DNA of 40,812 bases, from IMG/VR virus record IMGVR_UViG_3300025691_000011; one strand, given 5' to 3'. Positions 1 through 8,775 of the stretch are shown piece by piece. This DNA comes from a virus. Numbering within the stretch: position 1 is the first letter of the stretch; each line of letters starts with the position of its first letter. The notes beneath the pieces are model-generated. The model made no database searches. It was given only the letters and a program-made list of their open reading frames with translations, and was not told the DNA's origin. Both the position numbers and the translations under genes were made by a program.

Positions 1-221
1 ATTGTGGTACTGCCCCAAAACTTCTCAACATATTTACCGTTAATTCTTATAGGTCTATTGAATTTATCTAACTTATATTTATTAACCCAACTCAAATCTT
101 TAATCCAAAAAGTTTTACGATAAAATTTAAGTTTACCCTCCTCCGATAAATCGCAGATTGCCTTAGCAAATCCTGCTAAGAATGTTGTTATGATTGATGT
201 GGTTATAAGTGCTGGTATCAT
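1..221 (-). CDS. Partial membrane protein, possibly lysis/holin-associated; runs off the left edge
   Basis: Hand-translated from ATG at 221, which overlaps the TGA of the upstream ORF (ATGA coupling): MIPALITTSIITTFLAGFAKAICDL...SWVNKYK...EKFWGSTT; hydrophobic N-terminus. Not in the ORF track. Confidence 0.6.
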   Translation of the reverse strand, partial: MIPALITTSIITTFLAGFAKAICDLSEEGKLKFYRKTFWIKDLSWVNKYKLDKFNRPIRINGKYVEKFWGSTT

Positions 222-517
222 TCTACAATGTAATAATATGCTTTTGCCAATTTCTCAAAATTTATAGCTACTGTATATTCAATATCATTATCTGTGCTAT
301 CTTCTGTAATAGCCACATTTGATGTTACTAAATGAGATATAGGACTTACCCATTCATTACCATTTGGTTTATTAATTATCAGTTGAGAATAATTAATAAG
401 GTGTTTTGGTAAATTATCTTCGTTTAATTTTGCTATTGCTGTTTTTGTTACAGCCCCTTTTACTTTAATCTGAAAATCACCATTTTCAGCAAGTTCATAT
501 CTTTGTTTAAAATCCAT
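218..517 (-). CDS. Hypothetical protein (99 aa), tail-associated region
   Basis: ORF track; co-oriented and coupled to the downstream gene. Confidence 0.7.
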   Translation of the reverse strand: MDFKQRYELAENGDFQIKVKGAVTKTAIAKLNEDNLPKHLINYSQLIINKPNGNEWVSPISHLVTSNVAITEDSTDNDIEYTVAINFEKLAKAYYYIVE

Positions 518-542
518 AATTTTTATATTTAATTGTTATTAA

Positions 543-701
543 TTACATTGCTTGAATTACTATTTGAGAACCTAAGTTTATGTTGTATTTCTTACATAAC
601 TCTTGTAATTCCTTAGTAAAGTTCTCTTCGTTTTGCTTCTTTTGTGCTTGGATGATAGCATACGCTTTTTCTACTTCATCCGTGTTTTTCTCTATACTCA
701 T
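543..701 (-). CDS. Small coiled-coil protein (52 aa), possible tail fibre assembly partner
   Basis: Hand-translated: MSIEKNTDEVEKAYAIIQAQKKQNEENFTKELQELCKKYNINLGSQIVIQAM; fills the gap directly after the tail fibre gene. Confidence 0.6.
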   Translation of the reverse strand: MSIEKNTDEVEKAYAIIQAQKKQNEENFTKELQELCKKYNINLGSQIVIQAM

Positions 702-711
702 ATTTATTTAT

Positions 712-2625
712 TTAAAATTTATACCATGCTGAACCATCAAACCCATACCAACCTTTAGAAGTAAATGTTCCATTCGTATCAGTAACATAGAGCATTAATC
801 CCTCTGCTGGAGATGCTATTGCACTTGCTTGTGATGCTGTCATTCGAGGAGGTAAAAATCCTTTACTGGTACTTGATACTTCTAATTTTGCACTTGTAAC
901 AGGAGTTTCTGTTCCTATCCCTACATTATTAGTGCTTGCTACTATATTTAATTGATAAATAGGGGTATAAGTTGTATTAGCAGTACCTGTATTATGTCCT
1001 ATTTTTAAACCTGTTGAAGAATTTCTAATTAGAGAGGTATAATTTGCATTAGTATAATAGTAAGTTCCAGCATTAATAAACCCCCCTATTATAAACTCTT
1101 GAGCTGTGTATCCATTAATTCCAAATGGCATAAAATGCATTAAAGGTACACCATTACCATCTTTGTTGTTAAATGCAACACCAATATCTGACCTTAAAAC
1201 AATAGAACCATTATTTGGTGATGATAATTCTAATACTGGCGTATAAAAAGGTGTCCATATATAAGCACCATTATAATTCCCATTTATCCATAATATTCCT
1301 GAATTTCCTTGTATTCCAATATTCCCAAATCCTACTCCACCACCTGTATTCCCAGTTAAAATAGCGTAACTATTACCTCTAAATTTTCCTCCTATCGCTA
1401 ATCCAGATGGAGGTGATGATTTATTATTAACATCTAAAAGTATAGATACACCATGCGTATCACCAATAACAGATTCTTTTGTTATTTCTACTAATGTTTG
1501 TGGTTTATTTACATCATCTGTTACCCTTTTATTGGTAGATAATCTTAATCCAACTCCATCGGATAAATTATTCCATTGCCATTCTTGTAATAAATTTTGA
1601 TTATCAATACTATTAGACGTAGTAGCGGGGGTTATAGAGGATAGTGGTACTGTAATACCATTCGTACTATTTGAGATGATTGTACTTAATAGCATCAAAT
1701 CAATATCCCATTGTCTTGTTACTCCCAAAGTACCTCCCTCCATTATCATTCTTAATCCATTTGCGGAAATAGGTATATTACCAAAAGCTCTTATAGGAAT
1801 AAGAATTAATTGCCATGTTGCTAATGTATTTCTTAATAACCCATAATTAAATAAATTAACTGTATTGCCTATAATGTTATTAGATGCATCTTCAAATGAA
1901 ACATTTAAACTTTTATTGCTATCTACATTTGTTCCTGTAAATCTTACCCATACTTGTAAGGTATTATATGATTTTGGGTTGAAAGCAGATGATTTGGTAA
2001 ATCTTGCTCCTAATCTATAATCCGTGTTAGCACTTAATACATGAGTACCTTGTTTAGGTGAAGTTGTATTACTAAAATCAATAGTCCCTGTTGTTGGTAA
2101 TCCAGTATTAAAAGTACCAAATGTCCAATTTGTAGTAGGGTTATCTAAATAAATAACCTCTTGTGTTACTGTTGGTTGTAATGTTCCTTTCTCAACAAAA
2201 ATAATAGATACTAATAGTTTATCATTAGGTATAGTAGGAACAATAGGGTTTGCTGTTGCTTGTCCTGTTATATTTGATATTACCCCTGCTTCATTTACAA
2301 CAATAACATCAAATCTATTATTAGTAGCATCAGATGCATCTAAAGTTATGGAAGTTGAACTTGCAGTTTTATTTCCGTTGAAATAATAAGATAAATTGCT
2401 TACATTATAAACTAAACCAGTTCCACTCCAAATAGCCCCTCCACTAATTAAAAACTTACCTGAATTTTGATTATTTTGAGAATTTAACCATTGATTGAAT
2501 ATTGGGTCTGTTTCAGAAGTTATACCTCCTATTGTTTCTACCCAATTAGCGTTTTTTCTCCCGTAAGTCTTATCGTCCTGTGGGGCTTCGGGAAGACCAA
2601 TATTATTATTCAATATCAATTTCAT
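712..2625 (-). CDS. Tail fibre / receptor-binding protein (637 aa)
   Basis: N-terminal EAPQDDKTYGRKNANW fibre motif; central beta-rich carbohydrate-binding-like segment; C-terminal NVGIGTETP...KGFLPPRMT motif typical of Bacteroidota fibre/surface proteins. Confidence 0.75.
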   Translation of the reverse strand: MKLILNNNIGLPEAPQDDKTYGRKNANWVETIGGITSETDPIFNQWLNSQNNQNSGKFLISGGAIWSGTGLVYNVSNLSYYFNGNKTASSTSITLDASDATNNRFDVIVVNEAGVISNITGQATANPIVPTIPNDKLLVSIIFVEKGTLQPTVTQEVIYLDNPTTNWTFGTFNTGLPTTGTIDFSNTTSPKQGTHVLSANTDYRLGARFTKSSAFNPKSYNTLQVWVRFTGTNVDSNKSLNVSFEDASNNIIGNTVNLFNYGLLRNTLATWQLILIPIRAFGNIPISANGLRMIMEGGTLGVTRQWDIDLMLLSTIISNSTNGITVPLSSITPATTSNSIDNQNLLQEWQWNNLSDGVGLRLSTNKRVTDDVNKPQTLVEITKESVIGDTHGVSILLDVNNKSSPPSGLAIGGKFRGNSYAILTGNTGGGVGFGNIGIQGNSGILWINGNYNGAYIWTPFYTPVLELSSPNNGSIVLRSDIGVAFNNKDGNGVPLMHFMPFGINGYTAQEFIIGGFINAGTYYYTNANYTSLIRNSSTGLKIGHNTGTANTTYTPIYQLNIVASTNNVGIGTETPVTSAKLEVSSTSKGFLPPRMTASQASAIASPAEGLMLYVTDTNGTFTSKGWYGFDGSAWYKF

Positions 2626-2626
2626 A

Positions 2627-3103
2627 CTAATAAATTTTAACTATTCTAACTTTTGAATTTATATTTGAAGTTATTACTACACTATAATCATTTGTAGTGG
2701 TAAATTCTACATTCTTTTGATACCCTAATCCTATATTTACATCAGGATTGCTATTTATAGATATAGTCCCTGTTCCTTGTTCTACAAAGACTGAATATGC
2801 GTGTACAGTATTTGCTCCTATAACATGGTTAGTATTCTCTATTACTACTTCTGTTTCTTTATTGTAACTTCCTGTATTTAATGATAATACAAGCCAATCG
2901 TATAAAGATTGCAAAGTGCTAAAACCAAAATCTTTTGCAGAATTTATATCCCATGATTGAAAAACAGTTTTAGCTCCATCCCCTCCATGTAGATATACAT
3001 TGTAGTCCCCTATCTCTACATTACATTCATTTTTTTGGAATACATTATTGTAATTATCTGTTTGTACTCTTATTGTAAGACCTAAATCAGTAATAGATTT
3101 CAT
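2627..3103 (-). CDS. Hypothetical virion-associated protein (158 aa)
   Basis: ORF track; ends 1 nt before the tail fibre start; beta-rich C-terminal half. Confidence 0.6.
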   Translation of the reverse strand: MKSITDLGLTIRVQTDNYNNVFQKNECNVEIGDYNVYLHGGDGAKTVFQSWDINSAKDFGFSTLQSLYDWLVLSLNTGSYNKETEVVIENTNHVIGANTVHAYSVFVEQGTGTISINSNPDVNIGLGYQKNVEFTTTNDYSVVITSNINSKVRIVKIY

Positions 3104-3166
3104 ATTTTATAATTTTAAAACACGTAATAATATTCAAATATACATTGTTTTTACTACTTTTAGTAT

Positions 3167-3550
3167 ATGATATACGTTAAAATTAAATTGTATGGAATAT
3201 TACCTTTTTATATCCACACCAATTTAGATATAGATATTATAAATGATTATATATATTCATTTGAAAAAGAAAGAGCAATTTACGGAATAAGGCGTTTAAA
3301 TCTAAAGGAAAAAATCGCATTAAAAGATAAATTCGCTTCAGGATTAGGCGTTAATATTGCCTTTGATACTCCAATAGACTTTGAGTTATACAAGCAAGGT
3401 AGGAATAGAAAATGGCTACAACGCTACTTATCAGATAGAGGTGTAGATGTAGAATATCAATCATTATGTAGAATACTTAGAGGTGTATCTACTGAAAAAT
3501 ATAATGAAATATTTAAACTGTGCGCTAATGCATTATTGATAATAGATTAA
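3167..3550 (+). CDS. Putative XRE/Cro-like helix-turn-helix protein (127 aa)
   Basis: C-terminal LYKQGRNRKWLQRYLSDRGVDVEYQSLCRILRG resembles an XRE HTH; antisense to the structural block, divergent from the 158-aa gene. Confidence 0.55.
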   Translation: MIYVKIKLYGILPFYIHTNLDIDIINDYIYSFEKERAIYGIRRLNLKEKIALKDKFASGLGVNIAFDTPIDFELYKQGRNRKWLQRYLSDRGVDVEYQSLCRILRGVSTEKYNEIFKLCANALLIID

Positions 3551-5790
3551 TTATTATTATATTCATTAGAATTTAATTGATGTTCTATTGTTAACTTATT
3601 TGCATCTTCTTTCATTTTTAAATTACTTTTTAACTCTGCGTATTGCATTTCAAAGTCTTGTTTCATTTTATCAATCTGTGCTTTCATGGATAACATCTGC
3701 GCTTCACCCTGCTGTTTTTGTTCTGATGATTGCATCTGTACTTGTTGGTTCATTTTTTGTCTTTCCATTGCAGCCCGTTGCGCCTCCTCTTTTCTTCGGT
3801 TTAATAAAATTTGTATTTTATATCTTGCCATTTTAGGACTATCCTGCAATATATGCTCAATCATTAGATTATCCGCAAAATCAATACCTCGCTCTCCGCC
3901 TGTTTGCATATAAACCTGATTTAATGCCGATAAATTTTGCTTTATTTCTATTATTTCTTCATCGGTGAAACCTTTTTTTATCTTAACGGTAAACTCTCTA
4001 TTTATTAAGAAATCTATTTCAGATAACATATTTACCTCATAGTCATCAAATAAAGTAGCGTATGGGTTTAGGTTTCTATCTAAATTTTGATATAATGAAA
4101 CAACCATATTTATCTTCTTTTCGGCACTAAACCTAATAAGTTCATCTTTTATCTCAAACAATTCTAATATAGCCCTATCCGCCCCTTGCATCCCTGCTTT
4201 TGTAACAAAATTACTAATCCTATCGCTTTGCTCAATCCCAACGTCAATACGTGGAGTTCCCGTGAACTGGAAACACATTTCCATAACTATATTTATAACA
4301 TTCAAATATGAATTTAATAATTGAACTGGATATGTTACTGTCCTAAAATTATTCTGATTGCTTGACTTTGTATTATCTAAATTTGAAGAAGTGGTAATCC
4401 CTAATCCTAAATTTAATGCGTGCATTAAATCCGTAACCTGAATATCAGGCATGGCTACCTTTAATAATTCTGCTGTTTCCGCTAATGCCTTTAAGTCAAT
4501 ATCTGTTCGTGTTGGCTTTATCCGTGCAATTTCATTTTGAAACTTACCCCATAATACTGTCGCTGTATCCTCTAATCTCTTAATTAAACTAATAACAGAA
4601 TTTTTACTTAAATCAGAATGAATACCCCTTATTACCGTAACCGGACTATATGCATTTTGAAACTTACCGTTTATTTTCTTCCTTGACATATTAGGAATAT
4701 AACCATATTTATAAACCTCTTGCAATGCAGGAATATAATAACTAAAATACCACTTCTGTATCTTGTTTGTAATTACAGCACTTCCTTTATGGTTTCTTAC
4801 AAATATATCATTTGATATAGGATTAAAAACTGTTTTTAAATTATAACTATCTATTGTTGACCAATAGCATAATTTAACATCTAAAATACCGTCCTTGTTA
4901 GCAGAATTTTTTAACCTAATGTATTCACCATGCAAATCAAAATTTTCATTCCCCTCCATTATGTTATTTTCAATTATACTATCTTTTACTAATTCAAAAA
5001 ACTCATCAACACTAAACTGCTTATCAATAATATAACCCTTTGCATCCTCGTAATTTCTTTTAACTCCACCTACTACTTTTAAATCTTTTATATGCACATA
5101 CTCCTCCACTATCGAATTGTCGTTATTGTAATATAAGTATGTGCCGACAATGCCCGAAATTATTAAATTTAGGTTTATTTGTGGTGCTAATTCAAAGTCA
5201 AAATTATTACCATTATTGATTATATCTAAATGTTTCTCAATTAATAATTCGATACTCTTTTTATATCCTATATCATTATAGAATTTTAACTCCTCTAATG
5301 AACTTGGAGTATATTTATCTAAGTTTAATTTGTTATTCATTTTATCTTTTACAACATCCATTCCTGTTATTTCTTTTAATGGCTGTTGTATTTTTAACAA
5401 TGTTTCTAATTCTAAAATAAAAGACTTATTCTCTTTGGTACTTTTTTCATCTATAAATTCAAGTTCACAATAGGCATCTGCTTTGTTTAATCTTGCGTAA
5501 ATACTCTTAAATACAATACGGCATAACCCTAATGGAGATAAATCTAAGTCATCAACTTTAAAATAATTTTCCATTTTATTTTTGGAAAACTTATTACTAA
5601 AATAAGCCTTATATTTTGTTTCATCCTGCGCTCCTCTTATGTATAATTCATTTTCTATCGCTTGTGTTTTTATTAAATCACCAATAACACATGGACTTGA
5701 TATTAATTTATTACACACGGATAAAGCATAACCTTTTGTCTTTTTTAACTCTACGTTGTTATATTTTGTTTCTATTTCAATTATTTGCAT
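3547..5790 (-). CDS. Portal protein (747 aa)
   Basis: Immediately downstream of terminase large subunit; size and long Q/E-rich C-terminal coiled coil match crAss-like/P22-type portals. Confidence 0.75.
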   Translation of the reverse strand: MQIIEIETKYNNVELKKTKGYALSVCNKLISSPCVIGDLIKTQAIENELYIRGAQDETKYKAYFSNKFSKNKMENYFKVDDLDLSPLGLCRIVFKSIYARLNKADAYCELEFIDEKSTKENKSFILELETLLKIQQPLKEITGMDVVKDKMNNKLNLDKYTPSSLEELKFYNDIGYKKSIELLIEKHLDIINNGNNFDFELAPQINLNLIISGIVGTYLYYNNDNSIVEEYVHIKDLKVVGGVKRNYEDAKGYIIDKQFSVDEFFELVKDSIIENNIMEGNENFDLHGEYIRLKNSANKDGILDVKLCYWSTIDSYNLKTVFNPISNDIFVRNHKGSAVITNKIQKWYFSYYIPALQEVYKYGYIPNMSRKKINGKFQNAYSPVTVIRGIHSDLSKNSVISLIKRLEDTATVLWGKFQNEIARIKPTRTDIDLKALAETAELLKVAMPDIQVTDLMHALNLGLGITTSSNLDNTKSSNQNNFRTVTYPVQLLNSYLNVINIVMEMCFQFTGTPRIDVGIEQSDRISNFVTKAGMQGADRAILELFEIKDELIRFSAEKKINMVVSLYQNLDRNLNPYATLFDDYEVNMLSEIDFLINREFTVKIKKGFTDEEIIEIKQNLSALNQVYMQTGGERGIDFADNLMIEHILQDSPKMARYKIQILLNRRKEEAQRAAMERQKMNQQVQMQSSEQKQQGEAQMLSMKAQIDKMKQDFEMQYAELKSNLKMKEDANKLTIEHQLNSNEYNNN

Positions 5791-5793
5791 ATA

Positions 5794-7926
5794 TTAAAAT
5801 TTAATGTTTTCAAATAAGTTTTTAACTTGTATATCGGTTAATGAATTTCTATATTTATATGCTATCACATTATCAATATACTCATTTATCATGTAAGCCG
5901 CTGCAATATCATACTTAGGCATTGTTAATGGTGTTACCTTTTGTAATTGCTCAATACATTCTAAATGTCTTTCTGCTTTAGCAAATTTAGTTAAATAAAT
6001 ACGTGTTGTATCAAAATAATCACGCTTACTACTTTCTGTCGTCTTTACTCCATAATTATCTCTTGTATTGTCATTAATTAAATTCCCCTTACTGTCCATT
6101 AAGAACCCTAACATCCCTTTTTGGTCTAAATAATCAAATATAGTTCTTGTACTCCTTTCATAAATTAAAGGGCAACCATAATATATTAAAACCTTAGCAA
6201 TATCATCCCACATATCTTGAACGTTATCCATTCTAATAAAGTAAGTGCATACTGTTCTATTTGTTTCAAAGTTAAAACCAAAGTCAAGAGGGTTTCCGTC
6301 TTTATCAAATTTATCACCGTCAATATTCATATCCAATATCCTCTTTACTCGCAATGACGGCAATGAACTCTTTGTCCTGCTATTTAATTGCCCTTTATTA
6401 TAATCAATAGGGTCTAAAGATGCTATATATTTACCCGTGTTTAATGGTATTTTTGCTCCTAACATATTGGATATATTATTAGGTATTTCAGGATGTCCGC
6501 TTATATTAAACCGTGCATTTACATTAAAATCTCTATATTCGGGCATAGGAACTGCATTAACGCTCATTCCTATTTCACTCCAATTTAATTGATTAAATAT
6601 AGGTCTTTTATCACTATCAATCGGCAACATTAAAGCGTTAACTCTTGCTTCTTCTAATAAATCAAAGTCAAATTGACAAATATCCGAACTTGGAGTTAAT
6701 GCATCCTCGATTGTAAACGGATGTTTGCGTTTAAATTCCCTCGCTTCATTATATCCTAAGTATTTTAATTTATTCTCATATATCTCATTGATTATAACTT
6801 TCGCTTTTTCGGTGTCCGAAAATCCGTACTCATCAATACAATTACCTCCGTCATCATTATATCCTAAGTAAGCTGGTGTAAAATACCTCCTTGTATCTAA
6901 ACTACTACATCTATTTCCACTTGCCGTATCAGGGGCGCACCCGTCCCACATTTTTATAATCACATTAATTTGATTATCATTTATCTCATCAACTGATGAT
7001 AACAAATTACATAATCCTGCCGATTTTAACCTATTGCCACTATTCTTATCTCTAATAAATATTTTCTGCCCTCCCGATTTAACACAAAGGGTGTTTTTTT
7101 CTAATGTTACCAAAGGATTTGTATTTTCCCATTTGCAAAACTCATCTATTATAGCAAACCTTACTTTATGCCCGTCAAAGCCTTTTTCTTTAGTTGCTTT
7201 TACAAAAATATTAGTATTACTATTTGTAAACGATAAATTTTTTGATGTCTTTTCCTTTCCTAAAGTATTATTATTCCGTGCCGATACATAAGGCTCATGC
7301 AGTAAAAAATCGGGCAACCCTAATATACAATCTCTTACTGGGTTAAAATTAATGGTTAAACTATCGTCTATGTTATATCCCATTAACCCTATGTTTGAGT
7401 TTGAAAATACAATAGCTACCCATGTAGCAAATGCATTTTTTAACATTGTCCAACCAGCTCTACGCCTTTTAATATCCAACTGCCCTAAAACATTATCAGA
7501 AAAAAAACTATCTACTGTTAATAATGAACTCAACCATTGGCTGTCCCAAAAATCAGGATAATGACCATTGTCTTTGAAATAATTAAGAAAAAAATAATAA
7601 TATCCATTTATATAAATACTTCTACCATTTATAAATACCCATTCTCCATTTATAATTTTTTCCCATTCATTGGTATAAATTTCTTTTTTATTCAATTCAG
7701 GCACAGCATCCCAAATTTTACCAATCAAACTACTTGGGTGTAATATTTTCCCTTGTATATCATAAGTTGTTCTACTATATTTTTGCTTTGCTTTTACTAT
7801 CCCATAATTACGAATATCTTTAATATTTGGCTTTTTCGGGAATGGCACAAAATACTCCCCTACATTACATCCACTTGCGTAATCAGTAAGTCTGTCTATA
7901 TAATATTTATCGAAAGGAAAATCCAT
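5794..7926 (-). CDS. terL: Terminase large subunit (710 aa)
   Basis: Walker A-like IKRRRAGWT, Walker B FAIIDEFCK, RNase H-like nuclease motif YIASLDPID, C-terminal YDIAAA. Confidence 0.9.
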   Translation of the reverse strand: MDFPFDKYYIDRLTDYASGCNVGEYFVPFPKKPNIKDIRNYGIVKAKQKYSRTTYDIQGKILHPSSLIGKIWDAVPELNKKEIYTNEWEKIINGEWVFINGRSIYINGYYYFFLNYFKDNGHYPDFWDSQWLSSLLTVDSFFSDNVLGQLDIKRRRAGWTMLKNAFATWVAIVFSNSNIGLMGYNIDDSLTINFNPVRDCILGLPDFLLHEPYVSARNNNTLGKEKTSKNLSFTNSNTNIFVKATKEKGFDGHKVRFAIIDEFCKWENTNPLVTLEKNTLCVKSGGQKIFIRDKNSGNRLKSAGLCNLLSSVDEINDNQINVIIKMWDGCAPDTASGNRCSSLDTRRYFTPAYLGYNDDGGNCIDEYGFSDTEKAKVIINEIYENKLKYLGYNEAREFKRKHPFTIEDALTPSSDICQFDFDLLEEARVNALMLPIDSDKRPIFNQLNWSEIGMSVNAVPMPEYRDFNVNARFNISGHPEIPNNISNMLGAKIPLNTGKYIASLDPIDYNKGQLNSRTKSSLPSLRVKRILDMNIDGDKFDKDGNPLDFGFNFETNRTVCTYFIRMDNVQDMWDDIAKVLIYYGCPLIYERSTRTIFDYLDQKGMLGFLMDSKGNLINDNTRDNYGVKTTESSKRDYFDTTRIYLTKFAKAERHLECIEQLQKVTPLTMPKYDIAAAYMINEYIDNVIAYKYRNSLTDIQVKNLFENIKF

Positions 7927-7928
7927 TA

Positions 7929-8198
7929 TTACATTTTTTCTACTTTATATCCCTTTAAAACATTTATGGCTTTATCATTCCAAAATGAACTATCAATATC
8001 AAAATAAATTCTAATATTATTATTTAAGAACGTTTCTATGAATTTCCACTTGTCACCACTAAAGGTAATTATTGCATATTTCTTTCTTTCGGTATCTTCA
8101 TATTTTATGTAACAATTTACCCTTGTCCATTTATTATTTGTATTAGCATTTATTCCGCTTTCAATCTTAACATCTTCGAGTACCCCTTTTATTTCCAT
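7929..8198 (-). CDS. DUF3127-like OB-fold (ssDNA-binding-like) protein (89 aa)
   Basis: Pattern MEIKG...SG......KW........E....K...ITFSGDK.........FDIDS..WND.....L.GYKVE matches my recollection of the Bacteroidota DUF3127 family. Confidence 0.65.
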   Translation of the reverse strand: MEIKGVLEDVKIESGINANTNNKWTRVNCYIKYEDTERKKYAIITFSGDKWKFIETFLNNNIRIYFDIDSSFWNDKAINVLKGYKVEKM

Positions 8199-8208
8199 AA
8201 TTTTAATT

Positions 8209-8772
8209 TTAAAGTATTGATAATTCTGCTTTGTATTTGTTTTCTATTATTTGCCTGCTTGCATATTCTTCTATATACAACATCTTGCCAAATAATCTAT
8301 CCTTTATTTGGTCTATTTTTTCTGATAATGATAAAATTTCAGATGAAACCTTTAATGAGTTTACATTCTCAACCATATTTGTATCTTTTCCCATTGTTCT
8401 TATTTTATCGTTCAAATCCTCTAATTGCATCGATATTGTTATATAAACACTAAACTCATTATCCCTGCCCCACAACATAAACCTTTTTGCCATTTCACTT
8501 TCAATAATAATGAATTTTTTATCATTATATATCCGTTTGCTTATATTAAACTTGTCTAATGCCTCTGCTCTACTCTTTGTTACATCGCTATATAAAAAGT
8601 GTAAATCACAATCCCTACTGTAAAAATAAACAATGTATCTTATTAAATTATCAATATTTATATTTAAACCAATATCAAATATAATCCCACTTAATAGAAA
8701 TGTTAATTCAGGATGTATTTTTAAAAAATCACTGCCTTTATTTTCAAAGACTTTATATTTATTTATACTCAT
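8209..8772 (-). CDS. Putative terminase small subunit (187 aa)
   Basis: Helical protein with C-terminal coiled coil two genes upstream of terL; positional inference only. Confidence 0.35.
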   Translation of the reverse strand: MSINKYKVFENKGSDFLKIHPELTFLLSGIIFDIGLNINIDNLIRYIVYFYSRDCDLHFLYSDVTKSRAEALDKFNISKRIYNDKKFIIIESEMAKRFMLWGRDNEFSVYITISMQLEDLNDKIRTMGKDTNMVENVNSLKVSSEILSLSEKIDQIKDRLFGKMLYIEEYASRQIIENKYKAELSIL

Positions 8773-8775
8773 ATA

